Shown here: one piece after another, positions 11,166 through 21,799 of the stretch
Layout of the letters: the number at the start of each line of letters is the position of its first letter
Position numbering within the stretch: the first letter of the stretch is position 1
Assembly (NCBI RefSeq): GCF_036365525.1
Contig: NC_090383.1
Location: 120,220,531-120,284,530, forward strand
DNA: 64,000 nt
Source of the DNA: Heterodontus francisci
Taxonomy: Eukaryota
Direction: 5' to 3'
Position numbers and translations under genes: made by a program
The notes under the pieces: model-generated
Told to the model about the DNA's origin: nothing
Database searches by the model: none
The model's input: only the letters and a program-made list of their open reading frames with translations

Positions 11166-12089
11166 AGGTGCTGAAACATTAACTCTGCTTCTCTCTCCAC
11201 CGATGATGCCCGACCTGCTTTGTATTTCCAGTACTTTCTGGTTTTATTTCAGATTTCCAGCATCTGCAGTATTTTATTTTTATTTGAAGATACATTTCAT
11301 CTAGGTCTGGGTGTTTATCCACTTTCAAAGATGTTAAACCCCTTAATAATTCCTCTCTATGTTAATTTCATCTAATATTTCACACTGCACCTCCCTGATT
11401 GCAATGTCTGTATCTCTCTTTTGTGAAAACTGGCACAAAGCATTCATTAAGAACCACACCAACATTCTCCGTCATGACACACAGGTTTCTGTCATGGTCC
11501 CAAATAGGCCCTACTTTTTCTTTAGTTATCCTCTTCTTCTTTATGTGTTTATAAAAAATCTTTGGGTTTCCTTGATTTTACTTGTCAATATTATTCATGC
11601 CCCCTCTTTGCTTTCCTAATTTCCCTTTTAATTTTGCCCCTACACTTTTTATACTCCTATATGTTTTCTGCAGTATTGAGCCCTCAGTATCTGCATTAAG
11701 CTTCCCTTTTTATAATCCTGTTCATTACAGGAAACCAATGAACTGTAAACATCTGTTAATTCACAGCAGTGAAGTACACTGTCCACAGTATAGTGAACAT
11801 GCCTCTTACCTGTAAGAGTTTTGTTGAAAGAAATATTTAAAATGAGATATCAGATTCCAAATTTCATAGAAAAACAGAAGTACATAGACTACAAAATGAA
11901 TTCCTCATTCTTCTTGTCATTCTTTATTCTCTGTTATTGCGGTAGATTTCTGCAACAATTGGGTCCAACAATTACTCAATTGAGTGCTCAGCAATTGCTC
12001 AAACAGCATTTCATCAGTAAGTCGAAGCAAAGGTCCAGATAACCCAGAGGCGGTTGACCACTGCTTTGTAACAACTGTTGCACATTTTG

Positions 12090-12985
12090 CCTGTTTCTAA
12101 TCTTTGATGAAATAGCTGGGTGTGTGGATGATGGTAGTGTTGTTGATATTGTGTAGATAGATTTACAAAAGGTGTTTGGCACAGCATCACATAATAGACT
12201 TGTAGCAAAATTGAACCCATGAGATTAAAGGGGCAGTGGCAGCATGGATATGAAATTAACTAAGGGCCAGAGAGAGTGGTGGTGGAGTAGTTTTTCAGAC
12301 TGGAGGGAGGTATGCAGCACTGTATTCCAGGGTTCAATATTAAGACCACTACTCTTTTTGATATATATTAATGATCTGGACCTGATTATATAGAGCATAA
12401 TTTCAAAGTTTGCAGATGACATAAAATTCTGAAATGTAGTAAACGAAGATGAGGATAGTAACAGACATCAGGAGACTTAGACATGGACAGACTGGCGAAA
12501 TGGGCAAATACATGGTCGATGCAATTTAACACAGAGAAGTGAGCAGTGATTCATTTTAATAGGAAAAATGAGGAGAGGCAATATAATCTAAATGGTCCAG
12601 TTTGAAGAGGATGTAGTAACAGGGGGACCTGGGGATGTCTGTACGACAATCTTTGAAGGCGACAGAACAGGGTTGAGAAGTCTGTTTAAAATACATATAA
12701 AATCCTTGGCTTTATAAATAGAGGAATAGAATATAAAAGTAAGGTATTTTTCTAAACTTTATAAAAGTTAGGCTCCAGCTGAAGTATTGTGACCAATTCT
12801 GGGTATCACACTTTTGGAAGGATGTCAATGCATTAGAGAGGGTGCAAAGCAGATTTATTAGAATGACACTAACAATGAGGTACTTCAGATACATGGAAAG
12901 ACAAAAGAAACTGGGATTTGTCTTCCTTAGAGCAAGGAAGGTTAAAGGGAGATTTGATAGAAGTGTTCAAAATTTTGAATGGTGC
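12090..12985 (+). mobile_element. Degenerate CR1 RT fragment
   Basis: KFADD remnant at ~12405-12420 and a CR1 C-terminal remnant, with many stops. Confidence 0.7.
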
Positions 12986-14249
12986 CAGCACAAAGTAAAA
13001 AATCAGTAGCTTTTTAACATCTTTCACCTATTAGGTAGGGAGTTATTCTTTGAAGTGTTTTTTGTATATAATCGAATGGCTTGTTGGCCATTCAGAGGGC
13101 AAAGGGTAAACCCCGTTAGTATCCGACTGAAGTCCCATATGGGTCAGACTGGGTGGGGACGGCAGGTTTCCTTCCTTAAAGGATATTAGTGAATCAGTTG
13201 GATTTTTGCAACAATCGCACCATATCATTGTCACATTTTCTGATACTGAAGACAATTCCATCTTTCAAAGAAGTGTATTTTTGAAGCAGAGGATACAAGG
13301 TTATGGGGAGAGAGCAGGGTGGTAGGATTGGTTTTGGATTGCTGTAGCAAAGGACTTGCACAGACACAATGCCACAGAATCATTTAGCTATCCTGCTTTC
13401 CCACTGTGTTAAATATATATATATAGATATATATATATACACAGACAATGAGGTGAGGTTTGAATCCATTCACGATGCAGCTGAGTGATGATGTCAGCTG
13501 TTCCTCCATCTAGCAGATTCTGAAATCTTCACTTTCACCTCCACTTGTTCCTCCTGATTTGTGCTGAATAAACAGTGAACAGTTAGTTCACTGTTTAAAT
13601 CCCCTATTTTGTATGTACCTGTCATGGGGGTGGCGGTGGGGAGGAGGGTGGGATGGAAGGGGTGGGGGGAGGCATGCGAATGCCCCTGGTGCAGCTATTT
13701 TCATGAGGACTCTCAGCTGAGAATGCTTCAAGAACAAAAGAACAACGAACAAAGAACAGTACAGCACAGGAACAGGCCATTCGGCCCTCCAAGCCTGCGC
13801 CGATCATGATGCCTGTCTAAACTAAAACCTTCTGCACTTCCCTCCATTCCCATCCTATTCCTGACAGAAGCTTCCAGAAACAGAACAGGGAAATGCGATG
13901 AGTGCCTGTCGCCTGACAGTCTTCGATATATTTATTACCTAGATGTAAAATTTTTGTGCCATGGATTTGTATTTGAACACATATCTGTGACAGTGCAAGT
14001 GACTGGACTGCAGAAAGGTGTTTGAGAAGGATGTTAGCCTTCAGTTTTCTGGATGCCACAGACTTCACCTTGTCTTATCCAATTTTTTCTCCAGTTGGGA
14101 AATCTAGTTCGTTTTCCTTGGAAAGACTCAAGGATTTATAATGGCAGGAACCTCCTCCCAGTCCCATCCATTCCCTTCTGTTATGTGCTGAATTTTGTCA
14201 GATAGATGTTTTGAATAATGTTATTTTAATATGTGCCAACAGTTTGTTT

Positions 14250-14885
14250 TATTTGTTCATGGAATGTGGGCATCGCTGTCAAGAACAACAGTTATTGCCC
14301 ATCCCTAATTGTCCTTGAGCAGGTAGTGGTGAGCTGCCTTCTTGAACCGCGTTAGGGAGAGAGTTCCACGGCTTTGACCCAGTGACAGTGAAGGAATGGC
14401 GATATAGTTCTCAGTCAGAATGGTGTGTGACTTGGAAGGAGACTTGCAGGTGGTGGTGTTCCCATGCATCTGCTGCCCTTGTCCTTCTAGCTGGTAGAGG
14501 TCACAGGTTAGGAAGGTACTCTCGAAAGAGCCTTGGTGAGATGCTGCAGTGCATCTTGTAGATGGTCCACACTGCTGCCACTGTGTGTCAGTGGTGGAGG
14601 GAATGAATGTTTAAGGTGGTAGATGGGGTGCTGATCAAGCAGGCTGCTTTGTCTGAATGGTGTCGAGCTTCTTGAGTGTTGTTGGAGTTGCACCCATTCA
14701 GGCAAGTGGAGATTATTCCATCACACTCCTGACTTGTGCCTTGTAGGTGGTGGACAGGCTTTGGGGTGTTAGGAGATGAGTTACTCACTGCAGAATTCCC
14801 ATCCTCTGACCTGCTCTTGTAGCCACATCATTTATATGGCTACTCCAGTTCAGCTTCTTGTCAATGGTAACCCCCAAGATGTTAC
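14250..14885 (-). mobile_element. CR1/L2-group LINE 3' fragment (related to 28000-28330 on +)
   Basis: ILGVTIDKKLNWSSHI remnant and a 3' UTR shared with 28000-28330 and 8590-8750. Confidence 0.6.
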
Positions 14886-17876
14886 CTACAATAGGAGTGT
14901 GCATGATAAACATTCGAAGGCCTGTCAACTCAGTGTTTTGCACATGACATTGGTCATGTGTAATAGGGGGCAAGGAAACACTTTGGCCATTTATCTGGTG
15001 TAAGATATTGGTGGGTCAACACCTGGCCATAAAAATATTTCCAGCGGTTTGATATGTGTCTTTGGATGATGGAGATTGAATTAGCACCTTGTGCAAACCC
15101 TGCTAGCACTGCGGGGTGGTGAGACTGCACTGGAGTGTCATACAGGGCTATTGTACTTGCTATCTCTTCCTGAAGTGCTCGCTCTATTTCTGAACCTGAA
15201 AATGCTGTGATTTTGTCTTTCCAACATTTCATTAGCAGTCTCCAGACTTTAAAACAAAACCAAAAAAAAAAACTTTTCTGCAAATGTTGGTGAGTAAACA
15301 TGGATTGTTAAATGATTGGTGAAGGCTTTTAAATAAGTTTCACAACAATTTTCATAATCTTCATGGGCAGTGTTGCAATCTTCAAACTCCTGCGTCAGCC
15401 TCGTTTAAAAAGTCTGCTTTAAAAATATTAATTTTAAGCAAACATTAAAGTGGGAAAATCATTTACAGCACTGAGCTGGCGATGAAGGTTTATCAGCAAA
15501 TAGCTAAATCACATTGGGCTCAATGCAAGAACATTTTTTATTTTTGCTGTACATTCAAAAATAATGCAAAATCATCCAAAAACAGAACAATGAATTTGAT
15601 TCCACCATTACAGAAGTGCAGTCTAAGCTGGGTTGAACTCAATATAGCGCAATTATAAAATTCAATTAGCATGATTACAGCATGTGTTTGGAGAAGTTGC
15701 ACAGCAAGCAACAAGTAGCAATCATGTGCTTCTGCTCTGTGACTTGGGGGACATTAGTATTAAGGCAGTATTCAGGCGACAAATTAACTGACATTGAAAC
15801 ACAATAGTCCTCTGAGAGGGAGAGCCCTCAGAGCATCAAGAGAGGGAGAGAGGAGCGAGCGAGCAAGAGGGACAGCAGCGATCTTCATAGGCGTTTCTCT
15901 GATTTCCCTGTTGTTTTATCTCCTCAGTTGATGCTGTGCTGTCTTTACAGGATTACTGTTGCTAATCAATGTTGTTTTTGCAGAAGCTCCTTCTAGCCAT
16001 TGAAGCAAGATTCTCTCTGTCCGATACAGTTCTGCAGTCTATTGGAACTCCGTCCTTCAAGCCAAAAACTCCTTATCATGGAAGTTTTAAGACTATTTGA
16101 AATATGCAAATAAAAGGAGTTGAAGGGATTGGAATATAACCTTACAGGGTCCAGTCCCTTTGACTGAAAATCTAATCCCAAATACATCAGGCACGATTTT
16201 CAGTCCCTGCCAGGGCAGGGAATGGGGCCCAGTGAGTGCTACAAATAGCACTGCTGACCTGTGTACTGGTTCCCCTGCTCCATTCTGTCCCTGGGCCCTC
16301 TTCCCGAGGCCACTGCTGGGACTGCACCCAGCCAACAGCAGGATCGTGGACTTCGGCCCCGGAACAAAGGTAAGTTTTGCAGCCCCGCCGGGGACAATTA
16401 GCCGGGTGCCGGCGAGGCTAGGGGGATCGGTTGGGCAGGGGGAAGGACCTTATTTCAGTGGTGGCAGTTGAGGCTTCGGGGGGCCCTCTGTGAGGCACAG
16501 GGTACCCGATCAGGAGACCCCACCCCAGCCGGCAAGGATTTAACTGGTGGCATTCTGGGGCCCTTAGCCATCCGCCTGTTGGGGGTAAAATACCTGCGGT
16601 GGCAGGTGGAGGCCCTTAAGTGGCAGATAATTGGTCACTTAAGGGCCCTGATTGGCCTGGGGAGGGCGGGCCGTTTGTTGCAGCTGCTGCCACGCGTAAA
16701 ATTGCAACGGGAAGGCATCGGGAATGGTACCACCCCCCCGCCAAGCCTCGCACTCAATTTTACAGCCCACCTCACCCCCGCCACCAACTCGCTCCTGTGG
16801 GGAGGGTAAAATTCCGACCATAGTAACAGATATTCCAGTTAAGGAAGTTTCGATTGTTTTTGTTGCAAACAAGAAAACCTCAGCTTGATTTAATTAAACT
16901 TTGTAAGATTATGAAGGCAAGTGTCAAAACAAATTGTTTCAATACCAGGAGAGACAGGTTAGGAAGACAGGAGCAAAGGTTAAAGTCAGACAGAACTTCA
17001 TTACCCAAAGGCTAATAGAATTGCAGAATCAGTAACTAAAGAATGTTCCTGATAGGAAGAGAATAATGGGTTCATGAGATAATCATAGGAGATTCTGGAG
17101 AGAAAAGGGATTGAGGAATTGGCTGAGGAATTGGGAGCTGACTTGTTAGGTCCTGCTCAAAATGTCCATCATATGTCCTTGTTCCCAGATCAGCATTTTT
17201 AGGAAATATTTCTTCTGTGGTTCAACTGTCAGCTGTTTGTTTATTGCCTGTTTGAACAAAATTTAAAATAAAGAAGTTATCTAAAGTAATCTAGTGTAAA
17301 ATGTGACAATCAAAGACAACTTCAGATGATGTCTATGTTTTTCCGGGGAGCTGGGTCTCGGGGTTGAGTGCTCTGTGATGATTCCAACAATGAGATTTGA
17401 GGACTCGTGAGCTGGGCAGAGCTATAAACTGGTTTGCTTCGCCACTCCTGCTCACTACATGGGGACTGCTGCTGGAACCTTCACTCCTGAATGACCAACT
17501 CTCTCCTTTGTTCTAAATTCTCCCACCAGAGGAAATAGTTTCCCTCGAATTTATCTAATCCTTTTTAACATTCTAGACACTTTGATTAAGTCACCACATT
17601 CCACCTTCTAAAGTCGAGGCAATATCATCCAGGTAATGCTATCTGTCCTAACAATTTAACCCTTTCAGTGCCTCTATTCTAATAGTACTCAGGTAGAAAT
17701 GAGGTTCAAAAAATTAATCAGAGGTAGATGTGTTTATCTCTGAAATAATAGTAACAAATAATTAATGATTATCAGAGTGTCAGTGGCCTGTGAATTGGTT
17801 GTTTTCCCTTGATAATGATGGTCAAATTTCCCAGAATTGATATGACATAGCTCTTGTTGGAAATGTCAGAGACAAT

Positions 17877-18731
17877 GGGCTGGATTTTAAAAGCATGCAG
17901 CAGCTTGAAGAACGGTGGCCCACATGCACCTTTCCCACCCCCAATAACAATTACAACAACTTTTTCCCCTCCACCCCTGCCATACAGCCTGACGTCAAGG
18001 GCTTGCTAATATCCAGTCCAGCGTTCTGAATTATTCCAGTGACAATCAAGTCCTGCCTCTAGGGTGAAAGCAGGAGCCAACCCTGAGCTGGTGGGCGGCA
18101 GGACCCCGGGTGGCATTTTACCAGCGGCGGCCAATTAATAGGCTGCCACCACCAGGATTGCTGTACAGATTAAGGACAGTGGCCTGTCTCCCAGAGCCGC
18201 TGGCGAGGGTCGGCAGCTCAGCAGCTTCTGCAGTGCCACTGCTAATGTGGCAACTGCTGTGGCTGCAAGGTGAAGGAGAGGGTACTTCCATGGTAATGTG
18301 CCCTGGAAGACCAGGTAAATATATTTTAGAGCCCCGAAGCTACACAGGCTTTGGCAATTGGGAGCAGTGGCACTTTCAAGCAGCGAGGTCATAGCCATGG
18401 TGATGGTCATTACAACCAGGGGGCCCCTTTGTGGGAACCCACTGGGAGATCACCAGGGTTTACCTGGTGGGCTCCTCATGCACCGGTGGGCCCTCCTACC
18501 AGGGGCAAATTGCCAGCGGGGATGGGAAGTGGCCGTTAATTGGGCATTTGAGTGGCTCCATTGGTCTCCCGGTGGGACACTGTGCCGCTGAGGTTCCTGC
18601 CCAGGGTAATATGCCAAGTTCATGGGAAGACATCGGGTTCCTGCTCCCCCCAACCCCATTGCCTTCCCCCGCCGTATTACCAGCCCTCCCACATCCCAGC
18701 CCATCTCCAAAGGGTTGGTAAAAGTCAGCCC
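17877..18731. mobile_element. PIF/Harbinger-type MITE
   Basis: TIRs GGGCTGGATTTT / AAAAGTCAGCCC with a 3-bp AAT TSD (17874-17876, 18732-18734). Related GC-rich elements lie near 16190-16815, 30700-31600 and 40187-40881. Confidence 0.7.
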
Positions 18732-18912
18732 AATAATTTGTTTAATTTTTGAGACTGATGGAAGAACTTGAAATAGAAATTAATTGTACTGACTCTCTTT
18801 AACCTGATTTAGATATTCAGTGTTAACAAATGAGAAGATTTGTGTGTGTGTCCATGGGTGTTAATGATTTAATAAAAGCTGTTCTTTTCTACATAACATA
18901 AATTCCGCACCA

Positions 18913-19790
18913 TACTGGGCTACTGATGGCCCATTGTCACACTGGGCTACTGATGGCCCATTGTCACACTGGGCTACTGATGGCCCATTGTCACACTGGG
19001 CTACTGATGGCCCATTGTCACACTGGGCTACTGATGGCCCATTGTCACACTGGGCTACTGATGGCCCATTGTCACACTGGGCTACTGATGGTCCATTGTC
19101 ACACTGGGCTACTGATGGCCCATTGTCACACTGGGCTACTGATGGCCCATTGTCACACTGGGCTACTGATGCCCCATTCTCACACTGGGCTACTGATGCC
19201 CCATTGTCACACTGGGCTACTGATGCCCCATTGTCACACTGGGCTACTGATGGTCCATTGTCACACTGGGCTACTGATGCCCCATTCTCACACTGGGCTA
19301 CTGATGCCCCATTGTCACACTGGGCTACTGATGGCCCATTGTCACACTGGGCTACTGATGGCCCATTGTCACACTGGGCTACTGATGCCCCATTGTCACA
19401 CTGGGCTACTGATGCCCCATTGTCACACTGGGCTACTGATGCCCCATTGTCACACTGGGCTACTGATGGTCCATTGTCACACTGGGCTACTGATGCCCCA
19501 TTCTCACACTGGGCTACTGATGCCCCATTGTCACACTGGGCTACTGATGGCCCATTGTCACACTGGGCTACTGATGGCCCATTGTCACACTGGGCTACTG
19601 ATGCCCCATTGTCACACTGGGCTACTGATGCCCCATTGTCACACTGGGCTACTGATGGCCCATTGTCACACTGGGCTACTGATGGCCCATTGTCACATTG
19701 GGCTACTGATGGCCCATTCCCACACTGGGCTACTGATGGCCCATTGTCACACTGGGCTACTGATGGCCCATTTCCATGCTGGACTAACTG
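18913..19790. repeat. 27-bp minisatellite, ~32 copies (CACACTGGGCTACTGATGGCCCATTGT)
   Basis: Direct tandem repeat that gives the 9-aa periodic ORFs in three frames. Confidence 0.97.
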
Positions 19791-19910
19791 CTCTCTGACC
19801 ATTCCATGCATTATTTCTGCTATTGGTCCATCTTGCTTGAAGCTTTCCCACAGTTTCATCATTTATGCGCACGTGACAGATATATGTTTTGCCTGTACCC
19901 TTGTCAAGTG

Positions 19911-19967
19911 TTACAGAAACATACCTTTAAGCTCACTGTATATGGACTGATCCCGTCTCTGTAATGC
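19911..19967 (-). CDS. Exon 7: C-terminal part of ITAM (ALQRRDQSIYSELK-GMFL*)
   Basis: Acceptor ttctctattttctattAG, phase 0. Reads to TAA at 19913-19911. An internal GTATGT donor after 19925 could instead splice to a further exon. Confidence 0.82.
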   Translation of the reverse strand, partial: ALQRRDQSIYSELKGMFL

Positions 19968-20069
19968 CTAATAGAAAATAGAGAAAAGTTAGAAACAATG
20001 ATCTAGTAACACGTACACAATGAAAGGTTATTTGGAATCTTCAAATGTTCTAAAATTGGAGTTTCTTAC

Positions 20070-20105
20070 CATGTATGTGGAATCTGCGGGATGATCGCCT
20101 GACCT
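20070..20105 (-). CDS. Exon 6: cytoplasmic exon, N-terminal part of ITAM (RSGDHPADSTYM)
   Basis: Acceptor tttcatttcAG, 36 nt, phase 0-0, GTAAG donor. Confidence 0.82.
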
Positions 20106-20121
20106 CTGAAATGAAATTGAT

Positions 20122-20322
20122 AGGTTGATAGGTAAATTGGCCATTATAAATTGTCACTAGTATAGGTAGGTGGTAGGGAAATATAGGGACAGGTGAGGAT
20201 GTTTGGTAGGAATATGGTAGTGTGGGATTAGTATAAATGGGTGGTTGATGGTCGGCACAGACTCGGTGGGCCGAAGGGCCTGTTTCAGTGCTGTATCTCT
20301 AATCTAATCTAATCTAATCTAA
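20122..20322 (+). mobile_element. 5'-truncated V-SINE/HE1-like SINE
   Basis: Matches the 3' half of 49080-49430, with a (CTAAT)n tail. Confidence 0.8.
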
Positions 20323-20654
20323 ATGGAAGCAACTGTAACATTGTCCAATATATTGCTAACGTTGGTTTAAGAATTCCCTCGGATGACTGTGTCAACTTTA
20401 GTTGTACTTCAGTAATTTACACATTTTGTTTAAACTGATAAAATCAATCCTGGAAAGTGCATGCAGAGAAGCATGAAGTAACGGAGATTCCCAACTTGGC
20501 AAAAATACAGTATATGTCAAAAAGAAACAGGCAAATGAAAAAGAGAGTTCTGACACCTGCATAAAAATACCGTCGCAGAGGAAGCGAAGTATAGTCTGAG
20601 AGACAATTTCATTTTTCCAGTCTTTGAGGTTCACAACTCAGACAATGATAGGAC

Positions 20655-21390
20655 AACATAGGAACATAGAAGCAGGAGAAGGCTATTCAGCCCATCGAGC
20701 CTGCCCCGCCATTCAATATGATCAATGCTGATCATCCAGTTCAATGCCTTTTTCCCACACTATCCCCATATCCCCTTAAGCCATTTGAATTTAAAAATCT
20801 GTCAATCTCTGCTTTAAACATACTCAATGACTGAGCTTTCACAGCCCTCTGGGGTAGAGAATTCCAAAGATTTACAACTCTCTGAGTAAAGAAATTTCCC
20901 CTCATCTTGGTCCTAAGTGGCTTCCACATTATTTTGAAATTGTGTCCCCTGGTTCAGCATTCGCCAGAGCTGGCGGGCAGCCATAAAGACAGGGCTAAAA
21001 TGTGGCGAGTCGAAGAGACTTAGTAGTTGGCAGGAAAAAAGAGAGAGGCGCAAGGGGAGAGCCAACTGTGCAACAGCCCCGACAAACAAATTTCTCTGCA
21101 GCACCTGTGGAAGAGCCTGTCACTCTAGAATTGGCCTTTATAGCCACTCCAGGCGCTGCGTCACAAACCACTGACCACCTCCAGGCGCTTATCCATTGTC
21201 TCTCGAGATAAGGAGGCCCAAAAGAGGTTCTAGACTCCCCAACCACGGGAAACATCTTAGCTGCATCTACCCTGTCTATTCCTTTAAGTATTTTGTAGGT
21301 TTCAATGAGACCACCTCTCATTCTTCGAAACTCTAGAGAATACAGGCCCAGTTTCCCCAATCTCTCTTCATAGGACAGTCCTGCCAAGTT
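20655..21390 (-). mobile_element. CR1 3' fragment interrupted by an RTE 3' fragment (20956-21225, + strand)
   Basis: CR1 C-terminal peptides on both sides. The insert matches the RTE 3' end at 34215-34480, and GGTTC is duplicated at 20951-20955 and 21226-21230. Confidence 0.8.
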
Positions 21391-21799
21391 AATCAAAAGT
21401 TTTGAAATGTGTCACAGCCATGGATGTGAAAGATTAGATTGGAAAATTTTGCAAACTTCATTATTCAGGTGAACGAACACTCAATATTTTCAATGCAGTG
21501 AAAGGAGAGCATTACCAGTGGGGATATAAAGATCTAGGTTAGGAGCAGACAGATGGTGCTCCAAAAAAAAGATAAAAAAGGAATTGACATCACAGAAAAG
21601 CAGGTAAGTGAATGGGTGATGAGTATTTCTCCTTTTTTCTCTCTAAACTAGAGCATTTGTTCAAACTAGGAGCCAGGAAATTAAAAATGTCAATCAGGAT
21701 TAAGTATAACAGGAAGTGAATTAATAATGATTGTTAGCACAGAGCAGATCTAGAGGTATTAATTAAACTTAATACAAGGTATTAACCAAATTCTTAGGG

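Noticed and set aside
16104-16111. Ig-type octamer ATGCAAAT
   Set aside because: No supported leader or V exon lies nearby, and such an 8-mer is expected by chance in 64 kb.
18861-19950. 290-338-aa repetitive ORFs, and a CRISPR-like look from the palindromic units
   Set aside because: Both are by-products of a stop-free 27-bp minisatellite. There are no unique spacers and the context is eukaryotic.
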